A stretch of 64,000 nucleotides of DNA, taken from contig CAZVHI010000003.1 of the NCBI GenBank assembly GCA_964627205.1, positions 4,830-68,829 on the forward strand. Direction: 5' to 3'. Under the pieces are notes generated by a model. The model saw only the letters and a program-made list of their open reading frames with translations. It searched no databases and was not told where the DNA came from. This document shows positions 38,332 through 47,703 of this stretch, one piece after another. The DNA is from an uncultured bacterium (lineage in GTDB: Bacteria; Krumholzibacteriota; Krumholzibacteriia; JACNKJ01). The first letter of the stretch is position 1. Each line of letters starts with the position of its first letter. A program made the translations under genes and the position numbers.

Positions 38332-40314
38332 ATGCGAAACGGCGACACTCATCTGAAAACTGTTCTGGCGCTTCTGCTCGTGTCCATCATGTTCGCTCTC
38401 GCAGGCACGTCCGTGAGCGCGGAGGAGTGGAGCACCGACGACTGCGTGGACTGCCACGCGGAGCCCGACGAGGACACCGTCGAGGTGACGCGGGCACACC
38501 TGGCGGACGGCGTTCACGCCGACTTCGAGTGCATGGACTGCCACACGGAGATCGACGACCTGCCCCACGAGGAGGAGCTCGCACCCACCGACTGCGGCGA
38601 ATGCCACGAAGACGAGGAGGAGGTCTACACGAAGCACGGCCGCGGCGTCATCGGCGTGGACGACACCATCCCCACTTGTGTGGAATGCCACGGCACCCAC
38701 GACATCCGCGAAGTCGAGGACAAGGGATCGCTGGTCAACCCGCTGAACCTTCCCTCCACTTGCGGCACTTGCCACGAGGACGAGGCCTTCACCGAGGAGC
38801 AGCAGATCCGCTTCAAGCACCCGGTGCGGGTCTACGCCAACAGCGTCCACGGCCGCGCGGCCGTGGGCGGCATCTACTCGGCGGCCACCTGCAACGACTG
38901 CCACTCCACGGACGGCAGCGCGCACCAGATCCTGTCGCCCGGCGACATCCGCTCGACGATCAACCACTTCAACATCTCGGCGACCTGCGGGCGCTGCCAC
39001 AAGTACATCGAGCAGGACTACCGCGAGGGCATCCACGGCGAACTGACCGAGCGCGGCCAGGTGGAGTCGCCCATCTGCACGACCTGCCACGGCGAGCACA
39101 ACATCCTCCCCACCGACGACCCGCGCTCGCCGGTCAGCGCCCATCGTCTCGCCGAGGCCACCTGCACCCCCTGCCACGAGTCGGCCTCCCTGAACGAGAA
39201 GTACGAGCTGCCCACGGGCCGCCTACACTCCTTCCAGGACTCCTATCACGGGCTCAAGAGCAAGGCGGGCGATGTAACGGTGGCCAACTGCGCCTCCTGC
39301 CACGGCGCGCATCGCATCCTTCCGTCCACCGACGAGACGTCCACGATCTTCCCGGCCAACCTGCAGCGCACCTGTGGCGGCTGCCACCCCGAGATCTCGA
39401 TGGAGATCGCCCAGATGTCCATCCACGAGGCCGCGGGCCTGCATACGGGCATCGCGGGGCTCGTGCGCAAGATCTACCTCATCCTGATCTTCGTCGTGAT
39501 CGGCAGCATGGCCATCCACTGGCTCATCGACCTGCGCCACCAGATCAAGCAGGTCATGAACAAGAAGAACCAGGTGCGGCGCATGGACGGGGACGAGGTG
39601 GTCCAGCACTTCATCCTGGCCCTGTCCTTCACCGTTCTCGTGGTGACGGGCTTCTCCCTGCGCTTCTATGACTCCTGGTGGTCGGAGATGATGTTTGGCT
39701 GGGAGGGCGGCTACACCTTCCGCGGGACCGTGCACCGCTTCGCGGGCGTGGTGCTGCTGCTGGCATCAGTCTGGCACACGATCTTCCTGTTGACTGCGCG
39801 CGGGAGGATCTTCCTGAAGGACATGTGGCCGAGCTTCAAGGACTTCAAGCAGTTCATGCAGATGAATGCCTACAATCTCGGAGTGAGCAAGGACCACCCC
39901 CAGTTCGCGCGCTTCTCCTACGTGGAGAAGGCCGAGTACTGGGCGCTGGTCTGGGGCACCGTGGTGATGGGGATCACGGGCCTGTTGCTCTGGTTCGACA
40001 ACGTCGCGGTCAACTGGATGCCCAAGGGTGTGCTGGACGTGATGCTCGTGATCCACTACTACGAGGCCTGGCTGGCCTTCCTGGCCATTCTCATCTGGCA
40101 CATGTACTCGACTGTCTTCAGTCCCAAGGTCTACCCGATGAATCCCTCCTGGCTGACGGGCAAGATGCCGGAGTCCCAGTTCCTGGCTGAGCATCCCCTG
40201 GCAGTGGCGGCGAGCAACATCGACAAGATCGACTACATCAAGGCCCACCCCGAAGAGGGACGGGCCGGTACTGGCAATCCGGAGGGGAAGTCCGAGGAAG
40301 ACGCCGTCGACTGA
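38332..40314 (+). CDS. CbcL-like fusion: periplasmic multiheme cytochrome c domain (11 CxxCH) plus C-terminal membrane di-haem cytochrome b (FdnI/HydC-like) domain
   Basis: Signal/anchor LKTVLALLLVSIMFALAGTSVSA. Eleven CxxCH motifs from CVDCH to CGGCH. Then 4-5 TM helices with conserved His (HFILALSFTVLVVTGF, HRFAGVVLLLASVWH, VIHYYEAWLAFLAILIWH). Confidence 0.75.
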   Translation: MRNGDTHLKTVLALLLVSIMFALAGTSVSAEEWSTDDCVDCHAEPDEDTVEVTRAHLADGVHADFECMDCHTEIDDLPHEEELAPTDCGECHEDEEEVYTKHGRGVIGVDDTIPTCVECHGTHDIREVEDKGSLVNPLNLPSTCGTCHEDEAFTEEQQIRFKHPVRVYANSVHGRAAVGGIYSAATCNDCHSTDGSAHQILSPGDIRSTINHFNISATCGRCHKYIEQDYREGIHGELTERGQVESPICTTCHGEHNILPTDDPRSPVSAHRLAEATCTPCHESASLNEKYELPTGRLHSFQDSYHGLKSKAGDVTVANCASCHGAHRILPSTDETSTIFPANLQRTCGGCHPEISMEIAQMSIHEAAGLHTGIAGLVRKIYLILIFVVIGSMAIHWLIDLRHQIKQVMNKKNQVRRMDGDEVVQHFILALSFTVLVVTGFSLRFYDSWWSEMMFGWEGGYTFRGTVHRFAGVVLLLASVWHTIFLLTARGRIFLKDMWPSFKDFKQFMQMNAYNLGVSKDHPQFARFSYVEKAEYWALVWGTVVMGITGLLLWFDNVAVNWMPKGVLDVMLVIHYYEAWLAFLAILIWHMYSTVFSPKVYPMNPSWLTGKMPESQFLAEHPLAVAASNIDKIDYIKAHPEEGRAGTGNPEGKSEEDAVD

Positions 40315-40335
40315 CGGGCCGCTCGAGGGTCTACG

Positions 40336-40378
40336 AAAAACCGGGTTCGGCCAGCGTGGCCGAGCCCGGTTTTTCTTC
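40336..40378. terminator. Bidirectional rho-independent terminator between convergent cytochrome genes
   Basis: aaaaa-ccgggttcggcc-agcgt-ggccgagcccgg-ttttt: a 12-bp stem with one G-U pair, flanked by an A-run and a T-run. Confidence 0.65.
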
Positions 40379-40396
40379 GCCTGTCAAGAGCGGAGC

Positions 40397-40993
40397 CTAC
40401 TTGTCGTCGGCGGCCTTCCTCGTCTCGGCGTAGTTCTCGGGATAGGGGTGGGCGATCTCCTCCGACCGCTTCTCGTAGTCGAACTCCTTGAAGGTCGGGC
40501 TGTCGGAGTTGTGACAGGCCGTGCAGGTCTCCTCGGTCACCTCGAGGAGCCCCACCGAGGCGGCCTCGATCGCGCCATCGTAGATGCCCTTCATGGTCTT
40601 CTTCTTTTTGTAGCCGCTACCGGGACCGTGGCAGCTCTCGCAGGAGACGCCCTCCTCGAGCGTGATCTTCTGGGTCGCCAGGTCGGCCATGACGGGGAAC
40701 GCCGTCACGTGGCACTTCAGGCAATCCGCCTCTTCCTGCGGATTGCCGAGCCCCAATTCCGCGGCGATGGTCTTGGACTCTTCGCTGGCCAGGGTCGCGT
40801 AGGCGCCGGCGTGCACACCCTCGGACCAGGACAGGTACTGGGCACCAATCTTCTCCTTTTTGTGGCACATCTTGCACTTCTTGACGCCGACGTAGTTGTA
40901 CTCCTCCTCGGCCGCGAAGGCGAATCCAGCCAGTAGCCAGGTCAGAGCCAGGGCGCCAGTGAGAAGCGCCATGAGTGTTTTCTTCGCAGACAT
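40397..40993 (-). CDS. Periplasmic tetraheme cytochrome c
   Basis: Start at MSAKKTLMALLTGALALTWLLAGFAFAAEEEY (signal peptide). Four CxxCH motifs (CKMCH, CLKCH, CESCH, CTACH). The ORF-track extension to 41374 was rejected. Confidence 0.7.
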   Translation of the reverse strand: MSAKKTLMALLTGALALTWLLAGFAFAAEEEYNYVGVKKCKMCHKKEKIGAQYLSWSEGVHAGAYATLASEESKTIAAELGLGNPQEEADCLKCHVTAFPVMADLATQKITLEEGVSCESCHGPGSGYKKKKTMKGIYDGAIEAASVGLLEVTEETCTACHNSDSPTFKEFDYEKRSEEIAHPYPENYAETRKAADDK

Positions 40994-41061
40994 CACTTGC
41001 AGTCCTTTCTTCTCGAGTTCTCCCGCTCTCCCCGCGGGTCGCTTGCCCCGCCCGTCCCGTC

Positions 41062-41706
41062 TTATTCGCCCATGCCCGGATGGCAGCCGCCGCAGAGACT
41101 CGGGGGCAAGCCCTCGTGACAGAGGATGCAGCTCCCGAGATCCGCCCGGCCCTCCATCGCGTGCCGGCCGCCGCTGCCGGAGACCCACTCCGCGGAGTAG
41201 TGGTCGCTCGGCTGAATGCCGAAGCTGGCGTGGCAGTCCGTGCAGTAGCTTCGCAGGTCGTGGCAGCTCGCGCAGTCCTCGCTTCCCTTTAGCGCCGTCA
41301 TGGCGTGCGTGTAGAACCAGTTGCGGTCGTGCGCCAGGAAGTCCACGTTCTCGCCGTGGTGGCACATGCTGCACTCCTCCGACTCGCGATGACAGAGGGC
41401 GCAGTCCATGTCTCCGCCGCGCACATTATACTGATGTCCGTGCAGAAAGTCTCCCCAGTGGCTGCTGGGCCTCTCGGGCAGTGTCACCAGCACGTTCTCG
41501 TCCTCGTCGTGGCAGTCCAGGCAGACGCCGGGGCCGGGCAGCGCCGCTCGCCGCGGCAGCCCGCCGCCCGCGAGGGAGTGGCATTCGGTGCAGTCCATCT
41601 CCGCGTCTTCGAGATGAACCTGATGGTCGAAGACATCGGCACCGATGCCGCCGACGGGAACGAGCATCAGGAGCGCGGCCGCCAAGATCCAGGCTGTCTT
41701 ACTCAT
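41062..41706 (-). CDS. Periplasmic octaheme cytochrome c
   Basis: Signal peptide MSKTAWILAAALLMLVPVGGIGA. Eight CxxCH motifs (CTECH, CLDCH, CALCH, CSMCH, CASCH, CTDCH, CILCH, CGGCH) in 214 aa. Confidence 0.75.
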   Translation of the reverse strand: MSKTAWILAAALLMLVPVGGIGADVFDHQVHLEDAEMDCTECHSLAGGGLPRRAALPGPGVCLDCHDEDENVLVTLPERPSSHWGDFLHGHQYNVRGGDMDCALCHRESEECSMCHHGENVDFLAHDRNWFYTHAMTALKGSEDCASCHDLRSYCTDCHASFGIQPSDHYSAEWVSGSGGRHAMEGRADLGSCILCHEGLPPSLCGGCHPGMGE

Positions 41707-43060
41707 CGCTCACCTCCTGCCCCGGCGCGACTCGGAAGCGATAAGCGACGCGGCCGAGGAACCTCAGCTGGTGCTCGGCCCGTGGGTTCCTGAGCAACTC
41801 GACGGCGGTGGTGACATCGAAGCGGTCCGCGAGAGTGGCATCCAGCCCCAGGCGCGTGGCCAGGGACTCGTCGTCGACCACGAGCTCGTCCTCGAGGTCG
41901 TCGACCTCGCCGTAGCGATAGTAGACCTTGTTCAGGTCCAGCCAGAGGGCGACGCCATCGGTCAGTTCGTAGCGGACCTTGCCGTAGATCCCGTCCTGGT
42001 CGCCCCCGAAGCCGCGCTGCAGGCGGTAGCCGAAGGCGTAGCCGGGCCGCGAGAGGCCAATGCTGAGGCCGTCTCCACGCTTTTCGCCCTCGGGGAAGAC
42101 CTCGATCAGGTGCAGGTTGATCGTCCAGCCCGGAAGCAGGCGGCAAGGCTGCGACATGTGGGCGCGGACCTCGTCGGTGAGCTGTAGAAAGTTGCCCGTG
42201 AACCAGATCCGATCCTGGAAATATCGGGCGATGTAGGACTGGTCGGCCGACGGCGCGAGGCCCTCGCGCCGGTTCCACGCCAGGCTCGCCGAGCCCTGCT
42301 TAAATCGGTAGTCGAGGCGCAGGTGACGGTGGTAGGCCACCTCCTGCCCCAGGTCGTAGCGGTGCTCGTAGCGCAGGGCCACCGAATCGCGGGGACGCCA
42401 CAGGGCCAGCAGGCCCAGGCGGCGCCCCTCCTCCTCGCCCCCGCGGAAGAGACGGGCGGCGCTGACGCCGAAGCCCAGCCCCGCGGGCAGGGCGGCGCTG
42501 CGATAGGCGGCGCCCCAGAGGCCCGACTCGTCGAAGGCGTCGGTTGCCAGACCCTCGAAGCCGTCGCCCGCGGGATCCAGGAAGCCCCGCGTGCCGCCGA
42601 AGAGGGTCAGACGCCCCAGCCGCGCGTCGGTGAGCTGGAGGCGCGCCCCGTCGAGGCGACCGCTGCCGACGCCTGCGTAGACCCACTGGCGCCCCAGCGC
42701 CAGCAGCGCGTTCGGCCGGGGCCGAAAGCGCAGGTAAGCATGGTAGGCGCGCGCGCGCGACTTGCCGATCCCCTCTTCCAGCACCTCGCCCCGGTGCGTA
42801 CCCAGCCAGTGCAGCGAGAGCGAGGGGTGTCCCAGCTCACGCGCGTCGAGGGAGACGCGCTGGATGAAGTCCCAGTGCTTCTCCTGACCGGGCGGGAAGG
42901 TCTCGTAGACGAAGGACGAACTGGTGACGCGACCGTCCAGCTCCAGGGCCTTCGCCCCGCCGAAGGTCATGGCCCCCGCCGCGATTGCGAGCAGGAAGAC
43001 CGTGCGCCGTTTTCGCCAGGCCCCCGCGGGCGACGGATCGTATCGTTTCAACATCCTCAT
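41699..43060 (-). CDS. Predicted outer-membrane beta-barrel protein, a candidate porin partner of the cytochromes
   Basis: Signal peptide. 453 aa rich in alternating aromatic/Gly/Arg beta-strand-like segments. Its stop overlaps the octaheme cytochrome start by 8 nt. No named domain recognised. Confidence 0.5.
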   Translation of the reverse strand: MRMLKRYDPSPAGAWRKRRTVFLLAIAAGAMTFGGAKALELDGRVTSSSFVYETFPPGQEKHWDFIQRVSLDARELGHPSLSLHWLGTHRGEVLEEGIGKSRARAYHAYLRFRPRPNALLALGRQWVYAGVGSGRLDGARLQLTDARLGRLTLFGGTRGFLDPAGDGFEGLATDAFDESGLWGAAYRSAALPAGLGFGVSAARLFRGGEEEGRRLGLLALWRPRDSVALRYEHRYDLGQEVAYHRHLRLDYRFKQGSASLAWNRREGLAPSADQSYIARYFQDRIWFTGNFLQLTDEVRAHMSQPCRLLPGWTINLHLIEVFPEGEKRGDGLSIGLSRPGYAFGYRLQRGFGGDQDGIYGKVRYELTDGVALWLDLNKVYYRYGEVDDLEDELVVDDESLATRLGLDATLADRFDVTTAVELLRNPRAEHQLRFLGRVAYRFRVAPGQEVSDE

Positions 43061-43171
43061 TGCCCCCTTCGCTTATCCAGGACCAGGATTATGGCAACAA
43101 TATAAGCCCGGTCGACGGCAGGTCCAGGGATTTCGAACACATTGAGTGAACAGGACTTACCACCGCGCCAC

Positions 43172-44047
43172 TCAGGATGCGGACGCCGCGACGCGGTTCT
43201 CCAGGGTGCCGATGCCCTCGATGCTCAGCGTCATCAGATCGCCCGGCCGCAGGAAGACCGGCGGCTCGCGGAAGACCCCCACGCCGCCCGGGGTGCCGGT
43301 GCTGATCACGTCGCCGGGCTCGAGGGTCATCGCGCGAGAGATGTACTCCACGAGAAAGGGTAGGTCGAAGATCAGTTCGCGCGTGTTGCTGCGCTGGCGC
43401 AGCTCGCCGTTGACCCGACACTCCAGCGCGAGCGCGTGTGGATCGGGGATCTCGTCGCGCGTTACGAGCCAGGGGCCCATTGGCCCGAAGGTCTCGAAGC
43501 CCTTGGCGCGCAGCCACTGGCGTTCGTTACGCTGGGCCTGGCGTCCCGAGACGTCGTTCAGGATCGTGTAGCCGAGCACGTAGTCGTAGGCTTCCGCGGC
43601 GGGCACCTTGCGCGCGCGGCGCGAGATCACGAAGGCCAGCTCCACCTCGTAGTCCACCTCGGGCTCATCCTCAGGCAGCACGATCTCCTCCCCGTGGCCG
43701 ACGAGCGCGCTGGGCACCTTGGGAAAGAGCAGGGGCTTTCCCGGCAGGGGACGATTCTGCTCCTCCGCGTGGTCGCGGTAGTTGAGCCCCAGGCAGATCA
43801 CCTTGCTGGGATCGGGGATCGGCGGCGCGAGGCGCTGCGCATTCAGCTCCACGACATCCCCGGCCCCGCCATCCGCGCGGGCCGCAGCAAGGACCTCCTC
43901 GAGCCGGCCGTCCTCCAGGATCCGCCGCCAGGAGCCCGGGGCCCCCGGCAGGGAGGCCGTCAGGTCCAGCGCGCTCCGGTCGTCCAGCATGATGCCCGGT
44001 CGCTCCCGGTAGCGCTCTCCGTAGCTGATCAGCCTCATCGCCATTCC
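43172..44047 (-). CDS. Fumarylacetoacetate hydrolase (FAH) family protein
   Basis: Start at MAMRLISYGER. FAH-fold motifs KVICLGLNYRDHAEE, DYEVELAFVI and GDVISTGTPGGVG. Confidence 0.8.
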   Translation of the reverse strand, partial: GMAMRLISYGERYRERPGIMLDDRSALDLTASLPGAPGSWRRILEDGRLEEVLAAARADGGAGDVVELNAQRLAPPIPDPSKVICLGLNYRDHAEEQNRPLPGKPLLFPKVPSALVGHGEEIVLPEDEPEVDYEVELAFVISRRARKVPAAEAYDYVLGYTILNDVSGRQAQRNERQWLRAKGFETFGPMGPWLVTRDEIPDPHALALECRVNGELRQRSNTRELIFDLPFLVEYISRAMTLEPGDVISTGTPGGVGVFREPPVFLRPGDLMTLSIEGIGTLENRVAASAS

Positions 44048-44211
44048 CTTCCAGTGGCTCTTTGCAGGGATGAAACAGTCAAGTTGCGCCGCATTGCGGC
44101 CGATTTCACATAGGGACGCCCATGTGTTAGAATAGCACTTCGGTTGAGTCGAACGCCCGTTGCTGCAGATTCGCGCACCTGGGTATGGGACAGCATCCGA
44201 CAACGGGAGCC

Positions 44212-44301
44212 ATGATGGGTCTGCGTAACATCCAATCCGTGCTGGGCGCGATCGGCCTGCTCATCTTCCTGCTCTTCCTGGCAATGGTCATCAAGACCTA
44301 G
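44212..44301 (+). CDS. Possible small hydrophobic peptide (29 aa)
   Basis: MMGLRNIQSVLGAIGLLIFLLFLAMVIKT, a single TM-like helix, in the 160-nt gap between two minus-strand genes. Below the ORF-track length cutoff. Confidence 0.2.
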   Translation: MMGLRNIQSVLGAIGLLIFLLFLAMVIKT

Positions 44302-44364
44302 GGCAGTTCCCCCCACCTTTCCACTTCAGTGTCCACGGGATCGGGCCGGAAGCCTGGCATGCTG

Positions 44365-45411
44365 CTAAAGCTTGAACTGCCCCTCCTCGCAGTCCTCGAT
44401 CAGGGCGGCCAGAAGATCGATGGAGGCCTGGATATCCGTCGGGTGCAGCATCTCGATCACAGAGTGCACGTAACGCGTGGGCACGCTGATGCAACCCGCC
44501 GCCGCGCCGCCGCCGGCGCGCTGGATGGCGGCCGTGTCCGTGCCACCGCGGGGCAGCACCTCCATCTGCCAGGGGATCTTCCGCTTCTCGCAGGTCTCGC
44601 GCATGAAGTCCACGAGCTTCCAGTTCGGCACGACGCTGCTGTCGTAGGCCTTGATGGCCGTACCCTTGCCCATCTCGCTGATGAACTGGTGGGGCTCGGT
44701 GAAGGGCACGTCGTTGGCGAGGGTCACGTCGAGCGCCACACCCACGTGCGGATCGATGTTGCGCGCGGCCACGGTCGCGCCGCGGATGCCGATCTCCTCC
44801 TGCGCGCTGCCCACGGCGTAGACATCCATCTTGTTGGCCTTCGCCTTGCGCAGGCCCTCGATCATGACGAAGACCCCCACGCGGTCGTCGAAGCTCTTGC
44901 CGTTGATCATCTCTCCTAGCTCGACGATCTCGCGCTCGCGCGTGACCACGTCCCCCACGCGCACGAGCTCCTTCACCTTCTTCACCGGCATGCCGAGGTC
45001 GATGTAGAAGTCCTCGATCTTGAGCGGCTTCTTGCGGTCTTCCTCGCTCATGATGTGGATGGGCTTGCTGCCCATCACTCCCAGCAGGTCCTCGCGCCCA
45101 TGCACGATGACGCGCTGGGCCGTCAGCGTCTTGGGATCGAAGCCGCCTAGCGGGACGAAGTGCAGGAAGCCCTTCTCGCCGATGTGGCTGACCATGAAGG
45201 AGATCTCGTCCATGTGCCCGCTGATCATCATGCGCCCGCCCTGGTTGCCCTTCTTCCGGGCGACGACGTTGCCGATCGCATCGACGGACACCTCGTCGCA
45301 GATGGGCTCCAGTTCGCGGATCACGATCTCGCGCACGCGCTCCTCGCGGCCGGGGGCACCGGCCGTCTCGCAGAGCTCCTTCAGAAGCGGCAGGTTGATG
45401 GGCATGAGCAC
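44365..45411 (-). CDS. M42-family metallo-aminopeptidase (FrvX/YsdC/glutamyl aminopeptidase-like)
   Basis: Motifs ISGHMDEISFMV, DDRVGVFVMIE and GGTDTAAIQ typical of peptidase family M42. Confidence 0.8.
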   Translation of the reverse strand: MLMPINLPLLKELCETAGAPGREERVREIVIRELEPICDEVSVDAIGNVVARKKGNQGGRMMISGHMDEISFMVSHIGEKGFLHFVPLGGFDPKTLTAQRVIVHGREDLLGVMGSKPIHIMSEEDRKKPLKIEDFYIDLGMPVKKVKELVRVGDVVTREREIVELGEMINGKSFDDRVGVFVMIEGLRKAKANKMDVYAVGSAQEEIGIRGATVAARNIDPHVGVALDVTLANDVPFTEPHQFISEMGKGTAIKAYDSSVVPNWKLVDFMRETCEKRKIPWQMEVLPRGGTDTAAIQRAGGGAAAGCISVPTRYVHSVIEMLHPTDIQASIDLLAALIEDCEEGQFKL

Positions 45412-45502
45412 CTCGCATATTGGGCAGGGTTGGGGACTTGCGGGAACCCGATACTAGCCGGGCGCGGCGCGGCTTGGCAAGTCCCGTGGGGTCCGCGGCG
45501 GG

Positions 45503-47512
45503 CTAGGAGTCACCTGGCGACTCCTGCTCCTCAATCTCCAGGGCGAGCCTCGCCCAGCGCTCCTCCCGCCGGGCGATGGTCTCCAGGATCTCGGCATGGC
45601 GACAGGTGAGGTCCAGGAGCCGCTGGCGGTCCAGCTCGTGGCTGGCCGACAGCTTCGCCTCCATCTCTTCCCTCTCGGCCACGGCCTCCGCGATACGCGC
45701 TTCCAGCTCCGCCAGACTGCGCTGTTTCTGGGCGAACTTGTTCTTGCTCCAGCGCCGCGCCTGGGGCACGCCACCGGACCCGTCCTTCGCGCCGGCGGCC
45801 TTCTCCTCGCCGGCGCCCTTGCGCGCGGCGAGGCCGTTGTCGGATCTCGCGGCTGCGTTGGTCCCGTTCCCCGCAGCGGAGCCTTTCCGCGGCGCCGGAC
45901 CGCCCGGCCCGGCGCTCGCGCGGACCGTGAACTCGCTCCAGCTGCCGGGGTAGTCCGTCAGCTTGCCGCCTTCCACCGACAGCACGCGCTGCGCCAGGCG
46001 TCCCAGGAAGCTGCGATCGTGGCTGATGACCAGGAGCGTCCCCTCGTAGGCCTCGAGGGCCTCCTCCAGGGACTCGGTGGCGGCGATGTCCAGGTGGTTG
46101 GTGGGCTCGTCCAGGACGAGGAAGTTGTGGCGCTGGTAGACGAGCTTGAGCAGGCTGAGGCGGTTGCGCTCGCCCCCGGAGAGCTGTCCGACGCGCTTGT
46201 CCAGGTCGTCGGCGAAGAAGCCGAAGCGCGCGAGCTGCCCCCGGCACTCGCCCTCGCTCATGAAGGGGTCCACCGTGCGGAATTCCTCCTCGACCGTGTG
46301 GCCGTCGCTGACCAGGTCCAGGTGCTGGTCGAAGAAGCCGAGGTCGATATCCTTGCCGAGCCGCACCGAACCTGCGTCCGGCGGCAGCTGTCCCATGAGG
46401 ATGCGTACGAGGGTCGTCTTACCGGCGCCGTTTGGGCCCACCAGGCCGATCTTCTCCCCGCGGGCAACATGTAGATCCACCCCCGCGAAGAGCCGCTTCT
46501 CGCCGAAGGCCTTGGCGAGCTTGTCGGCCGCCAGGACCGTGTTGCCGCCCCGGCGGGCGGGGCTGAGGCGCACCCGCAGCGTGCGCTCCTCGCTGGGCCG
46601 GGTCAGACGCTCCATCTTCTCCAGGCGCTTGCGGCGGCTCTGCGCCTGCTTGGTCTTCTGGCCGACGATGTTGCGGCGGATGTACTCCTCCATCCGCGCG
46701 ATCTCCTCCTGCTGGCGCTCATAGGCGAGGTGGCCCAGCCGCTCGCGCTCCTGCCGCTCCTTCTCGTAGAAGCTGTAGTTGCCGCTATAGCGGGTGAGGA
46801 CGGCGTCGCGGAGGTGGAAGGTGAGGCGGCTGACCTTGTTCAGGAAGGCGCGGTCGTGGCTGACCATGAGCAGCGCGGCCTTCTGCTGGAGCAGGTGCTC
46901 CTCGAGCCATTCGATGGCGGGCAAGTCCAGGTGGTTGGTGGGCTCGTCCAGCAGCAGGAGGTCGGCCTTCTGGAGCAGCACGCCGGCCAGGGCGGCGACC
47001 CTCTGCTCGCCCCCGGAGAGCTGGGCGACCGGGCGCTCGAAGTCCCCTGCCGCGAAGCCCAGCCCGCTGAGCGTGGCAGCCACGCGCTGGTCGAGGTCGT
47101 AGCCGCCGAGGGCCTCGAAGCGGTGCTGCAGCTCGCCGTGCTCGTGGGCGCTCCGCTCGTGCTTCGGGCTGTCGTGCGGGAGAGCCTCCATCTCCGCCAG
47201 CAGCACGCCGAGCCGCGCCTCGATCTCCACGAGCTCGCGGCACTCGTCGCGCACCGACTGGAAGAGCGTCTTGCCCTCGGCCAGCGCGTGGTCCTGGCGC
47301 AGGTAGGCGACGCGAAGGCGTCGGCTGCGCTCCAGGCGCCCGTCGTCGGGACGCAGCTCGCCCGAGATGAGCGCGAAGAGGGTGGACTTGCCCACGCCGT
47401 TGCGGCCCACGATGGACGCCCTCTCCTCGGGCTCGAGGGAGAGGTCCACGTCCTTCAGGATGGGCACGCGGCCATAGTCGAAGCTGATTCCGGTCAGGCT
47501 GAAGAGCGGCAT
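45503..47512 (-). CDS. ABC-F family ATPase (two ABC domains, no TMD), with a C-terminal coiled-coil/basic tail
   Basis: Two Walker A motifs (GRNGVGKST, GPNGAGKTT) and two ABC signatures (LSGGE). Uup/YheS-like architecture. Confidence 0.85.
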   Translation of the reverse strand: MPLFSLTGISFDYGRVPILKDVDLSLEPEERASIVGRNGVGKSTLFALISGELRPDDGRLERSRRLRVAYLRQDHALAEGKTLFQSVRDECRELVEIEARLGVLLAEMEALPHDSPKHERSAHEHGELQHRFEALGGYDLDQRVAATLSGLGFAAGDFERPVAQLSGGEQRVAALAGVLLQKADLLLLDEPTNHLDLPAIEWLEEHLLQQKAALLMVSHDRAFLNKVSRLTFHLRDAVLTRYSGNYSFYEKERQERERLGHLAYERQQEEIARMEEYIRRNIVGQKTKQAQSRRKRLEKMERLTRPSEERTLRVRLSPARRGGNTVLAADKLAKAFGEKRLFAGVDLHVARGEKIGLVGPNGAGKTTLVRILMGQLPPDAGSVRLGKDIDLGFFDQHLDLVSDGHTVEEEFRTVDPFMSEGECRGQLARFGFFADDLDKRVGQLSGGERNRLSLLKLVYQRHNFLVLDEPTNHLDIAATESLEEALEAYEGTLLVISHDRSFLGRLAQRVLSVEGGKLTDYPGSWSEFTVRASAGPGGPAPRKGSAAGNGTNAAARSDNGLAARKGAGEEKAAGAKDGSGGVPQARRWSKNKFAQKQRSLAELEARIAEAVAEREEMEAKLSASHELDRQRLLDLTCRHAEILETIARREERWARLALEIEEQESPGDS

Positions 47513-47626
47513 GGACGCAATCTAGCAACGCCGGGGCCCCTTGTCATCGGGCGTTGTGCTTTCCGCCTCACAAGGGGCGTGGCGCGGCGGGTGCCGCCGG
47601 GCTTGATTCCCCCGCGGCAGGGGGCG

Positions 47627-47657
47627 CGAAAAAGGCGGCGGGCTGCTCGCCCGCCGC
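47627..47657 (-). terminator. Rho-independent terminator after the giant lipoprotein gene
   Basis: ggcggcgggc-tgctc-gcccgccgcc (10-bp perfect stem), followed by a T-run on the minus strand. Confidence 0.6.
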
Positions 47658-47703
47658 CTGAGTTAATCCTATCGCGGCGCTTGCCGCGAACCGGGCCGAT
47701 TTG

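Noticed and set aside
41699-42278. 191-aa alternative-frame ORF within the OM beta-barrel gene
   Set aside because: Arg/Pro-rich overlapping frame. The longer frame has a signal peptide and is co-oriented and coupled with the cytochrome genes.
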